The notes beneath the pieces were generated by a model, which worked only from the letters and a program-made list of their open reading frames with translations, ran no database searches and had not been told where the DNA came from. This document shows, one piece after another, positions 10,006 through 20,183 of a DNA stretch of 64,000 nt. The DNA is from an uncultured delta proteobacterium (GTDB taxonomy: Bacteria; Desulfobacterota; Desulfobacteria; Desulfobacterales; Desulfatirhabdiaceae), in the NCBI GenBank assembly GCA_963789395.1, contig CAWBKP010000011.1, forward strand, positions 64,001 to 128,000, read 5' to 3'. Each line of letters opens with the position of its first letter. Within the stretch, counting starts at the first letter, position 1. The translations under genes were made by a program, and so were the position numbers.

Positions 10006-10701
10006 ATGCCGGCATTGGATCCGGGAACCGTTGCATTTTCTGCGCATGCTCTTAACAACTATCTATCGGTAACCGGGGGCACCGTCGAATTGCTACTCTG
10101 GTCACTGGAAGACCATCCGGACCCCCAAATCCGAAATTGGCTTGAAGGATTGAGACATGTAACTGAGTTAATGCGTCAATCGGTCAGTCAGTTAATGACA
10201 TCGTCGGCACCCAAGGATGTCAAACTCCGGTTCTTGAAGTGGGACTTAGACCCGTTGGTTCGACGGACATGTAAATATTACCAGCGCATCGCGGACGGGA
10301 AGAATATCTCAATTGTTTGTGAGTCCAGCATCGACATCCCTCCGGTATGGACCGATCCAGTGGCGGTCGGGGCTGTAATGGACAATCTCCTTTCAAACGC
10401 GGTAAAGTATTGTTTTCATGGAAAGCGGATTTTGGTGCAGATGCGGGGGGAAGTGGCAAGTGTGGTTTGCAGTGTACGTGATGAAGGACCAGGATTGAGC
10501 ATAGAGGATCAGACGAAACTGTTTCAGCGAGGTGTCCAGCTCAGCTCCGTACCCACGGGGGGAGAAGCTTCTAGTGGCTATGGATTGGCGGTGGCTAAGG
10601 AGCTGATCGATAAACTGGGCGGGGATCTATGGTGTGAGAGCACGTTAGGGGCCGGTGCTTGCTTCTCGTTTCGCCTACCGGCGTATCAGGAACAACTGTA
10701 G
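10006..10701 (+). CDS. Histidine kinase (HisKA-HATPase), 3' part of IS-interrupted gene
   Basis: AHALNNYL H-box, NLLSNAVKY N-box, DEGPG, GYGLAVAK. Confidence 0.85.
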   Translation: MPALDPGTVAFSAHALNNYLSVTGGTVELLLWSLEDHPDPQIRNWLEGLRHVTELMRQSVSQLMTSSAPKDVKLRFLKWDLDPLVRRTCKYYQRIADGKNISIVCESSIDIPPVWTDPVAVGAVMDNLLSNAVKYCFHGKRILVQMRGEVASVVCSVRDEGPGLSIEDQTKLFQRGVQLSSVPTGGEASSGYGLAVAKELIDKLGGDLWCESTLGAGACFSFRLPAYQEQL

Positions 10702-10819
10702 ACGACAATTACCAATGTGCGGGAAGCGCACCCTGCATGTTTTGATGGGGTCCAGTAAAAACGGACAAAAAGTTAAACAGCATTAAATACTCATGTGATA
10801 AAGCACAGGAGACGCCCAG

Positions 10820-11926
10820 ATGAAAATAGCCAAGTTCGAACTTGAACGTTACCTCGCACGATATGAGTTCTCCGCCCCATACCTCTTGTGTGCTTCGGAC
10901 TGCGAGAGCATGGAACTCCGGGAATTGTTGGCGCTTGAACCGGGGGCACACGAACAGCTCGATTCGCTCTGGCTCGGCTACACAGAGTCACAGGGTGATT
11001 CAAAGCTTCGGCAAGCCATCACCGTGCTGTACGAGCACATCGCCGCCAATCAGGTTCTCGTCCACACCGGAGCTGAGGAGGCGATCTTCAACTTCATGAA
11101 CGTCGCCCTTGTCCCCGGAGATCACATCGTCGTGCATGCTCCATACTACCAGTCTCTTGGCGAGGTGGCTCGAAGTATCGGAGCCGAAGTATCCGAATGG
11201 AAGGGTGATTTTGACCGCGCCTGGGAGCTCGACCTTGATGTCCTTGAGAGCCTTCTCACGTCCCGCACGAAGGTGGTGGTGGTCAACTTTCCGCACAACC
11301 CGACCGGATACCTGCCAACACCGGAGTTCGTTCGCGAGCTATCCGCATTGTCCGACCGTTACGACTTCATCATCTTTTCCGATGAAGTTTATCGAGGGCT
11401 CGAACTCAATCGCTCCGATCGACTGCCTGCCCTCGCCGATGTGAACGAAAGAGCGGTTTCCCTGGGAGTGATGTCGAAGACGTACGGCCTTGCCGGACTC
11501 CGGATCGGCTGGCTCTGCACCCGTAACAATGATCTTTTCAGGGAACTCGCTGCTTTCAAAGACTACACGACCATCTGCAACAGCGCACCGAGTGAGTTCC
11601 TGGCAACCATTGCATTGCGGCATGCCGAGGTGATAGCCGAACGGAACCTGCAGATCATCCGCGGCAACCTGGATCTCCTTGACGGCTTCTTCGGCTCACA
11701 TCAGAAGATGTTTGGCTGGTCCCGACCGCGGGCCGGGTCCATTGCGTTTCCGATGCTGCTTCAGGGAACGGTTAATGAATTTTGTGCCGACCTGCTCAAA
11801 GAGGCCGGAGTCCTTCTGCTGCCGGGGACGCTTTACGGTAAGGGGTTCAACGCGTTTCGCATCGGATTTGGCCGTAAGAACATGCCAGAGGCCCTTGAGA
11901 GGTTCGGACGGCATCTGTACGGATAA
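10820..11926 (+). CDS. PLP-dependent aminotransferase class I/II
   Basis: NFPHNPTG, SDEVY, SKTYGLAGLRIGW. Confidence 0.92.
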   Translation: MKIAKFELERYLARYEFSAPYLLCASDCESMELRELLALEPGAHEQLDSLWLGYTESQGDSKLRQAITVLYEHIAANQVLVHTGAEEAIFNFMNVALVPGDHIVVHAPYYQSLGEVARSIGAEVSEWKGDFDRAWELDLDVLESLLTSRTKVVVVNFPHNPTGYLPTPEFVRELSALSDRYDFIIFSDEVYRGLELNRSDRLPALADVNERAVSLGVMSKTYGLAGLRIGWLCTRNNDLFRELAAFKDYTTICNSAPSEFLATIALRHAEVIAERNLQIIRGNLDLLDGFFGSHQKMFGWSRPRAGSIAFPMLLQGTVNEFCADLLKEAGVLLLPGTLYGKGFNAFRIGFGRKNMPEALERFGRHLYG

Positions 11927-12028
11927 CAAACGTAAAACCTGACAGGAATCGATTGGCTGCATTTGACAATACAAGGCCATGAGGTCTTATTTGCTGGATA
12001 AACGAAATATGGTGTGCACAAAGAAAAG

Positions 12029-12359
12029 ATGCAGATTCTGATCAAAATCGTTATCAGCCTGATTGTTATTGTCGCCGCCACGTTGATTGGCAAAAACTGC
12101 CATCCGCTGCAGGTCTTATTGGCGTGATGCCGATTACCGGTGCACTGGTTCTGGTGTGGGTATATCTGAGAACAAAGGTGATCCGCAAATCATGCAGGAC
12201 CTTACCAGGGGAGCACTATGGGGGATTTTGCCAAGCTTCCTTTTCTTTCTCGTGGCTTTCGCCTGTTTTAAAAAGCAACTTTCACTTCCCATTGTCCTCA
12301 TCGCAAGTTTCGCCGTGTGGCTGGGGGCGGCTATTGTCCACCAGTGGCTATTGAAATAA
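12029..12359 (+). CDS. Small membrane protein, DUF3147-like (frameshift near 12168)
   Basis: MQILIKIVISLIVIVAATLIGKKLPSAAGLIGVMPITGALVLVW joined to ...GALWGILPSFLFF; four hydrophobic segments. Confidence 0.65.
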
Positions 12360-12411
12360 AAGAAACGTATATGTTTAATTTTTTCATTGTATCGCTTTTC
12401 GGAGGATGGAT

Positions 12412-12781
12412 ATGCTTCACGACTTTGGCACCGAATACGCAAGAAAATTGATGCCGCCGGAAAAGGCTGTGTCACTTATTCCCGAACAAGGCAATTTGGC
12501 ACTCGGACTTGCCGCCAATGGACCGCCTGCACTATGTGCGGCACTGGCAGAACGAGCCCGCAGCGGTGAAAAACGGAACCGTTTCCAAAATCGTTCCGAG
12601 GATTGATGGGATTCTCACTGAAACGCGAATGGAACCCATGTGGGTAGTGACCGAACATGGGATTTGCAACCTCAAGGGTAAAACCATAAGCGAACGGGCA
12701 CTCGCCATGATAGAGCTTGCCGATCCAAGGTTTCGGGACGACCTCCTCCGCGAAGCCAAAAGCATGAACCTTGTCAGGTAG
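12412..12781 (+). pseudogene. Acetyl-CoA hydrolase/transferase-family gene with a large internal deletion
   Basis: N-terminal signature (EYARKLMPPEKAVSLI...PPALCAALAER) abuts, out of frame, the C-terminal signature (SKIVP...VVTEHGICNLKGKTISERALAMIELADPRFR) at about 12560-12570. Confidence 0.8.
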
Positions 12782-12911
12782 TTTCACCAGGAAACAGGTC
12801 TTTTTTTTCCAATGGGAAGGGAGTATACGGGGCCTGTCTTGCCCGCTTCAGGATTTTTCCAGTTGATTTTTATTTTCTCATCAGGCAACTATTTAACAAA
12901 TGGAGGGCGCC

Positions 12912-13691
12912 ATGTCTCTGGTGTTGAGTGAGTTCGATCAGGAAACAGGCATAATCACTCTGAACAATCCGGAAAAAAGAAACTGCCTGAGTCATGCCTT
13001 GATACAGGATTTATTCGCCGCTCTTGACAATTTCCTGCAGTCAGGAGTCCGCGTTGTCATTCTGCGGGCTATGGCGGAAACAAAAGTCTGGAGTGCAGGT
13101 CATGATGTAAGTGAGCTTCCTCTACCCGGCCGCGATCCTCTCCCTTACAATAGCCCTTTTGAGCAACTGCTGCGTTGCGTCCAGGACTACCCGGACCCGA
13201 TTATTGCCATGATTGAAGGCGGTGTGTGGGGCGGCGGATGTGATCTGGCTCTCTCGTGCGACATACTGGTCGGCTGCCAGACGGCTACATTTGCGATGAC
13301 ACCCGCCAAGATCGGCATTCCCTACAATCCGGCCGGTATGATTCACTTCATTAACGTCATCGGGTTGAACAAAGCCAAGGAAATGTTTTTCACGGCAGCT
13401 CCCATGACGGCTGCTGAAGCGCTGAACCTCGGTATCCTGAATCATCTTGTGGCAGTCGAAGTGTTGGAATCGTTCACAAAAGAGCTTGCCGGAAAAATTG
13501 CAAAGAATTCGCCCCTTGCCATTCGCGCACTCAAACAGCAATTTCGCCTGCTTTCCAAAGGCCATCCCATTGATGCGGAGACATTCGAGAAGATCGGAGC
13601 AATTCGACGCACTGTATATGACAGCAAAGATTACTGTGAGGGGATTCAGGCATTTCATGAAAAACGTCTCCCCCGGTTTTGCGGCGAGTAG
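12912..13691 (+). CDS. scpB: Methylmalonyl-CoA decarboxylase (crotonase superfamily)
   Basis: KVWSAGHDVSELP...GRDPL, GGVWGGG, FAMTPAKIGIPYN, VYDSKDYCEG match the ScpB pattern. Confidence 0.82.
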   Translation: MSLVLSEFDQETGIITLNNPEKRNCLSHALIQDLFAALDNFLQSGVRVVILRAMAETKVWSAGHDVSELPLPGRDPLPYNSPFEQLLRCVQDYPDPIIAMIEGGVWGGGCDLALSCDILVGCQTATFAMTPAKIGIPYNPAGMIHFINVIGLNKAKEMFFTAAPMTAAEALNLGILNHLVAVEVLESFTKELAGKIAKNSPLAIRALKQQFRLLSKGHPIDAETFEKIGAIRRTVYDSKDYCEGIQAFHEKRLPRFCGE

Positions 13692-13749
13692 CCGTATTCA
13701 GGGAAGGTTGGGACGCTGCTAACTATTTAACTTTTAGTATTGGCGAATT

Positions 13750-14373
13750 ATGAAAAGAATAACCATCTCGGGGTTGCCTCATCATGTTATCCAGCGCGGG
13801 CTACACGGCCGGCCGACTTTTTTGAGCGATAATGATTATGCCACCTACCTTGAGATATTGACTGAATGCAGCAGTCGTCACGGCGTGGCGGTCTGGGCCT
13901 ACTGCCTGATGCCTGATCATGTGCATCTCATTGCCCTCCCCGGAGAAAAGAACGCGTTATCAAACTGCCTCCGAGCGGCACATGGACGGTACACAAGATA
14001 TATAAACCGCCGAACCGGCAGTACCGGACAGTTCTGGCAGGGACGATACGCCTCACATCTTCTGGATGACCAATACCTGATTGCCTGTGCTCGTTATATT
14101 GAGATAAATCCTGTCAAAAGAGGCTATGTTGACCAACCGGAAGATTGGCCATGGAGCAGCGCGCGGGCACATGTCATGCAGCGTGATGACATTTTAGTGA
14201 AGGCAAAACCGTTGCTTAAACGCGTTGAAAAAAATTGGCGGGATTTTCTTTCCGAAAGCAGACCAGCAGCGGAAGCGGATTTGTTTTATCTCCACGAAAA
14301 GAATGGGCGGCCCCTTGGCAGCAATGTCTTTCTGGCCATGGTAGAGAAAAGACAATTTAACATGTTCGGATAG
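13750..14373 (+). CDS. REP-associated tyrosine transposase-like (HUH Y1) protein
   Basis: PHHVIQRG, AYCLMPDHVHL (HUH), FWQGRY, RYIEINPV, WPWSSA. Confidence 0.85.
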   Translation: MKRITISGLPHHVIQRGLHGRPTFLSDNDYATYLEILTECSSRHGVAVWAYCLMPDHVHLIALPGEKNALSNCLRAAHGRYTRYINRRTGSTGQFWQGRYASHLLDDQYLIACARYIEINPVKRGYVDQPEDWPWSSARAHVMQRDDILVKAKPLLKRVEKNWRDFLSESRPAAEADLFYLHEKNGRPLGSNVFLAMVEKRQFNMFG

Positions 14374-14504
14374 TTGGTTTTGTATGCCGTGCAGGCAGAT
14401 ATCGTTATTTGCCAACGCTACAATTAAAGATTTCGTAAAAAAGCAACTATTCTGAGGATAAGCCAGATTCGTGAATTTGTTTTAACAAAAAAAGGAGGTA
14501 TCAA

Positions 14505-14780
14505 ATGAAAAAAACGATAATTGGCAAGGTAGTTCGAATCGGGGCGGCGGTTGCAGTGTTCGCATCCGGGTGGTTTTGCGGGACCCTGAGCCAGCGCAGC
14601 GCAGAAGCGCAAATCGGCGACCTGGGGAAATCAGTCATGGATAAGGCCGGCAATCAAGGCGGCGCGCTCGGGGCGGCGGCAAAGCTCGGAACGTCTATCA
14701 GCGAAATCCAAACGCACCTGAACGAGCTGCAGAAAAACGTCGATACACTCAAGTCCGTCAAGACAATGCTTGGCGGCTGA
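14505..14780 (+). CDS. Small exported hypothetical protein
   Basis: AGGAGG RBS; basic then hydrophobic N-terminus ending AEAQ; C-terminal coiled-coil pattern. Confidence 0.7.
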   Translation: MKKTIIGKVVRIGAAVAVFASGWFCGTLSQRSAEAQIGDLGKSVMDKAGNQGGALGAAAKLGTSISEIQTHLNELQKNVDTLKSVKTMLGG

Positions 14781-14844
14781 GAACCCTATAACGCATAAAA
14801 ATACAGGTGGGCTTGGATCGGTAACTCGATCAAGGCCGGACCGG

Positions 14845-14891
14845 ACCGTAAGGCAGAGATATACCCTCAGCCGTCAACTCTGCCTTACGGT
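14845..14891. other. Perfect 14-bp stem-loop (terminator or structured leader)
   Basis: ACCGTAAGGCAGAG (14845-14858)/CTCTGCCTTACGGT (14878-14891). Confidence 0.6.
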
Positions 14892-14983
14892 ATGCATTCC
14901 TTTTTAATTCATTGTATCAGGAGGCTGGCAAGAAAATTTGGCGCGATGCCGTGCAACCAAAACGACCGATCAACGAGGAGGGT

Positions 14984-15463
14984 ATGATGACGAATGAACG
15001 ACGCAAGTCGCAGCGTATGGCTGTTAAAACAACGGTTGATCTGATGTTGGCCGGCGATAACGGTGAAACTTTCGCCGGACCCGTCATTGTTGAACTGAAT
15101 ACGTTTTCGTTGCATGGTGGCAGCGTTGTACTGCCAAGTATGCAAGCGGGCGGGATGCACTTATTTTACGGCCATAAAGAGCAGGAGAAGTGTTGCTTGA
15201 TGTTGCGTTTTGTAGACGGCTCAGGCCGGAGTTACATGATTTCCTGCAGACCGGCTTGGTTCGATAAGGAACTTGACGCAGACCCTGCTTATTATAAGTT
15301 GGGGTTCGAGTTTTCCAGGACAGAGGATCGAGACAACATCAAACTGCTCGATCGGATAGCACGGGGGAAGTCTGAAAAAAACCTGTTCGACGTCTTTGGC
15401 AATCTTTTTTCGAGCAGACGGACGGGTTCGAGAGGATCTGGCGACGGTAACACGGTAACATAG
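14984..15463 (+). CDS. PilZ-domain protein
   Basis: ERRKSQR (RxxxR) and TFSLHG (near D/NxSxxG) motifs; YKLGFEF; GAGGAGG RBS. Confidence 0.7.
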   Translation: MMTNERRKSQRMAVKTTVDLMLAGDNGETFAGPVIVELNTFSLHGGSVVLPSMQAGGMHLFYGHKEQEKCCLMLRFVDGSGRSYMISCRPAWFDKELDADPAYYKLGFEFSRTEDRDNIKLLDRIARGKSEKNLFDVFGNLFSSRRTGSRGSGDGNTVT

Positions 15464-15912
15464 CAGGCAATCAAAAATATTTTAATACTTTTTGGGACAA
15501 CAACATCTTTGTATATTACCCACGGATGTCACAAATGAGAGTTCCTGCCAAGTTTGTCAAGGATTGTCTGCCTTGGCTTGTATTGGCTCTTCACGGCGAT
15601 AAGGCATTATCCTCCGGCAATCCAGAATAACATGAATACCTCAAACCACATTCACATGCCTGCGGCTGACGAAGACAATCGAGATATGATTTTAAAGCCC
15701 AATCAGATGCTTTCTGGACTCACAGGGCAGGAAGATCGTTCGTAAGGATCGTAAGAGAGCGCCTTTTAGATTTTTCCGTAAATGAAGGATATGCAGCCGC
15801 TCCCAGAATTGGGTTGGCCCGCCTTGAACGGAATCAGACCGGTTCCTGAGCCGCTTTTCGATTGAAATTTTCAAAGAGCCATACTGTTACAACATTTTTA
15901 TGATTTAAACAA

Positions 15913-18198
15913 CTACGGACCAACCACCACACGCCCATTTACCAGAGCAGCCGGATTGGTGTGATCATAAACATGCCGCTGGAATACCGAGCTCCGGATT
16001 CGGGGAATGCGGTATTCAGGAATTGCCACAATGCCATCCATTCTTTGAGTTCCTGCACACCATCTGCTGGGCTGAAGTCGATACGGAAATTCATATAATG
16101 CAACTGATCTGTCGGATCTGTAAAATTAATCGGATCTCCTGCCTTATCCTTTGGAATGATGGAAAGTCCGTACGGATTAATCATGCCGTTGACGATGTTC
16201 AGCAATTGCAGTGCGTAAAGGTCCACCACGACATGGTACAGCGTTTCGTCTGGAGCTATCTGAAGTCGCGGAGACCCGTGCATAAAAAATCCCCCGGAGC
16301 ATACAACGAAACCGATCTGCACACCTTTTAATGACTGCGCACCTGCAACGCTGTAATCAATCTTGCTCCCCGAGAAATTCAGATAAAAGCTCCCGTATCC
16401 TGGCTGCGCGGACATCGTGAGTCCCACTTCACTGATAATGTAAATCTCCAGGCCGGTCACATAGATTGACATGAGCGGAAATCCGGGCGCGGGCTGAGTC
16501 GTATCCGGAGAAATCCCCAGGGGCAGACAGTTATAAACGTCCGCAAACGAGATATTCCCCGTGTTGCCTTTAAGCAGTGGGTCTCGGATAACCCCGGACC
16601 CTACAATCGCCAAATCATAAGGATTCCCGTCATTCAAATGCCGTTAACCTTGTTGGCCACAGCCCGAAGAGAATCCGCGCAAAGGCTGCCAAGACCGGTT
16701 ATCCGGTTCAGAGCTACGGGATTCATTTTAAGGTCAAAATCAGTCTTTGAAATAATTTCGCTCTGCCCGCTTGAAAGTCCAAGCACTGAATTCAGGGTCG
16801 TATCCAGCGCCCCGTTATAATCATTAACCATATATTGAACGGCTGCGTCACCCGCTACCGTATCGTCTACAGGTAGAAGGGTAAAATCAAAAGCAACAAT
16901 GCGGCCGAGTTTTTTGCTGTATGTAAAATCCAGTCTGCTTACATATTCTCCATATTCGCCGGGAGAAAATATGATGGTACTGGAGCTGCCTTTTACAAAA
17001 GGCGCATGGGTTGCGGTGTGATAATGGCCGGAGGCGATAATATCGATACCGGTCACATATTCGGCAAGGTCCGCATCATCGCCGGTACCGTCGGGTTCGA
17101 TACCACCGTGGGACAGTACGGCTACCAGGTCGACATTGTCTTTGTTGCGAAGACTATTTACCTGATCTTGTATAAACGGATAACTGTGATTGAATGTTAT
17201 CGGCGGCGCAACCGGTGCGTCTTTATCGGCACCCGGACCCACCAGTCCCAACAGGCCAATTTTAAGGCCATTGGGCAGATCGATGATTTTCTTGTTCACG
17301 ATAACGCCCGCTGCCATGAGCGATTCGATATTGTCATCACCCTCTTTATTCGGGTCAGCTATCGTGTTGGTCGCAACAACCGGAACGGTGAAACCGTTTG
17401 TGGCCCGCTTTGCAGAATCTTCGCAAGCCCATCCGGCGACCAGTCGAATTCATGGTTGCCCAGGGTGATGGCGTCGTAGTCCATGAGCTGAAAAAATCGC
17501 AGCGCCACCGGATCCGCAACCGTCATATCATAAGTGGTCCCCATATACCAGTCACCGGAATCCACCAGAAGCGTCGGGATTTTCTGGGCCGCCTGCGTGC
17601 CCTGACGGTTTCGATAACCGTAGCCAGTCTGGCATAGCCACCGCGGACAACATCGTTGCCGCCGCCATCCGGCGTATAATCCAGAAACGGACCGGCACCG
17701 CTTGCATGGTCATGCACATCGGATGTCTGCAAAATGGTGGCATTGATACCCTTTGCCATCGCGTTGATTGTATCGGAGCCTTTAAAATCATCGCCATTGA
17801 CTGTGCCACTCACAGTCATTTCCGTTGAACCCGCAAACAAGTGTGACTGCACTGTCTGCCTGTCAAACTTCAGCATCAGATCCGGCTTGCCATCCCTGTC
17901 GTAATCTCCGATGTTAGATGGTTTTAGCTCTGCAGGGACAACATACCCGTTCACGTTCAATGTGACACTGCTTTTATCGATTTTTCTCACATCATACGGA
18001 GCTGGAAGTTCGATATAGGCGGTTATCCATTTTCCATTACTTTCAAGGTTGATTGTGTTAGGATCAAGGTTGATGGTTGCTGTTTATTGGTATTGGTATT
18101 GGTTCAACTGCTGAAACAACAGAAAACTGTGCAAATACTGCGAGCATAACGAGGATAGAAACAGCGGAAGATTTTCTCAAAAAACGTATTATCGTCAT
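15913..18198 (-). CDS. Secreted metallophosphatase/5'-nucleotidase family protein (several frameshifts; ends approximate)
   Basis: ILQTSDVHDH, DSGDWYMGT, LGNHEFD, LSHGG, SGHYH, GSGVIRD across ORFs 17523..17990, 17359..17565, 16634..17317, 15939..16637; GGAGGGG RBS and signal-peptide-like start at 18198. Confidence 0.8.
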
Positions 18199-18465
18199 TG
18201 GTTCCCCTCCTTTTTAGATGAGTAATCGATGATGATAGGCGGCAGGAAAATGCATTTTGTTGACACAATATCCCTTAACGTTTTTTATAAGTCAATTGAA
18301 TAATTCTTCAGGCATTTTTCATATTCTGGTGAAATAAGGGCGTAAATCTGCATACATGTAAAGATCCAAGGTTGACACAAAATTTTATTCATGATTAGAG
18401 TAGGTTAAATCGATGCGGGTTTCATTCTGCTTCCAAATAACCAAAGAATTTACAGGATGGATTAA

Positions 18466-20058
18466 ATGGTGCAAATTTATCATGGGAAAATCATCTCTTT
18501 GGATAAAGATAACAATATCCACGCGTATCTGGTTGAAGACCAGGGGCGGATTGTCTTTTTGGGAGACTCTCTGCCGACTGAATATTCAGCCGCCGGCAAT
18601 TCTGATGTTGTAGAATTGAACAACCGCGTCCTGATGCCGTCTTTTGGAGATGCCCACATGCATTTTTCAAACTGGGCATTGATTGCTGTTTCATCTTTTG
18701 ATGTGAGAGAAGCCATAGATATCAGAGAAATCCAGCAGATCATTCAAAATGAACTGGCAAAAAATAAAAAAAAGAAAGCAATTATCGCCTTTGGAGCATC
18801 CAAACACAGCGTTAAGGAAAAAAGGCTGATTTACCGCAAGGAACTTGACGCTGTGTGCCCGGATATTCCCTTGGTTCTTGTCTGCTATGATGGCCATTCT
18901 GCGGTTTTTAACAGCAAAATGATGGGAAAATTTCCTGACAATGTTAGAAGCCTTCGCGGGTTTGATGCTGACAAAGGACATTTATTCAACGAAGCATATC
19001 TGGCAGGCACTGATTATGCCGTATCACTGGTTCCCCCGCTGGATCTTGTAAACAGCATCTTAAAAAGTTTTGATCTGCTGGCGGAAAAAGGGATCGGCCT
19101 GATCCATGCTACAGAAGGAATCGGATTTCCCAATGACCTTGATATTACGCTGGTAAGCCTGATTGCACGCGCGGTCGCAAAGAAAAGCCGGTTTCAGACA
19201 AGGCTGTTTTTCCAGACCATGGACGTGGGAAAAGTATTAAAACGCAAACTGCCTCGAATAGGCGGGTGTTTTGACACCGCCCTTGACGGATGTTTCGGCG
19301 CCTGTGATGCCGCTTTGCATGAACCGTACAGCAATAACCCGGAGAACAAAGGCATTCTGTTCCAGGAAGAAGGCGACGTTATAGAATTCGCCAAAAAAGC
19401 GAATCGAGAAGGCCTGCAGATTGAAATGCATGCAATCGGGGATGCGGCCGTCTCTCGGGCGGTAAAAGCAATTGAAGCCGCACTGCTGGATCATCCCAGA
19501 AAAGACCACCGGCATACGATTATTCATGCGTGTCTCATTCCTGAAGAAGATATCAAAAAAATCGCCGCTCTCGGCATCGGAATTACCATGCAGCCGTCAT
19601 TTCTGATCAGCCCCCTGGAACCGCCGTCATACATAGAGGAAATCCTGGGTTCACGCGTTAAAATGAGCTCTCCTGTCAAATCGCTCATCGATGCCGGCAT
19701 TCATGTCAGCGGCGGGTCAGATGCTCCGGTAACCTTTCCCGATCCCATAGAAGGAATCTTCGGTGCGTGTAATCATCCCTATGATCCGGCTCAGTCTGTT
19801 TCCATTGTCGATGCATTAAAGATGTATACCTATGAAGTAGCCTGGGCCAGCTTTGATGAAAAGGACCGAGGGAGTCTGGAAACAGGGAAAATTGCGGATA
19901 TGGTGATCATGAACCGGGACCCCTTGAGCATGAGGCCTGAAGACCTCCGTTCATTAAAGGTGGAAAAGTTATTTTTGAGCGGAAAAGAATATCAATCCGG
20001 CATGGGAATCGCTGGAATGCTCTGGAATGGGCTGATTGGCAGAAAGGAAAAAATTTAA
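18466..20058 (+). CDS. Metal-dependent amidohydrolase (amidohydrolase 3/YtcJ-like)
   Basis: DAHMH, MHAIGD, IIHA, GGSDAP, GSLETGKIAD. Confidence 0.9.
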   Translation: MVQIYHGKIISLDKDNNIHAYLVEDQGRIVFLGDSLPTEYSAAGNSDVVELNNRVLMPSFGDAHMHFSNWALIAVSSFDVREAIDIREIQQIIQNELAKNKKKKAIIAFGASKHSVKEKRLIYRKELDAVCPDIPLVLVCYDGHSAVFNSKMMGKFPDNVRSLRGFDADKGHLFNEAYLAGTDYAVSLVPPLDLVNSILKSFDLLAEKGIGLIHATEGIGFPNDLDITLVSLIARAVAKKSRFQTRLFFQTMDVGKVLKRKLPRIGGCFDTALDGCFGACDAALHEPYSNNPENKGILFQEEGDVIEFAKKANREGLQIEMHAIGDAAVSRAVKAIEAALLDHPRKDHRHTIIHACLIPEEDIKKIAALGIGITMQPSFLISPLEPPSYIEEILGSRVKMSSPVKSLIDAGIHVSGGSDAPVTFPDPIEGIFGACNHPYDPAQSVSIVDALKMYTYEVAWASFDEKDRGSLETGKIADMVIMNRDPLSMRPEDLRSLKVEKLFLSGKEYQSGMGIAGMLWNGLIGRKEKI

Positions 20059-20183
20059 TCCACGGTTTGCATCGGGCCGCTGTTAACGATCGAGAAGCAT
20101 TATCCGATGTTCTCGCGGGCAGATGACACACCTGCATTTCTGGAGGTACTGGCCGGCAAACACGTGACAGAGGGCCGAATTGA

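Noticed and set aside
11920..12000. attC after the aminotransferase (GGATAAC at the stop)
   Set aside because: No matching inner arm or GTT end found.
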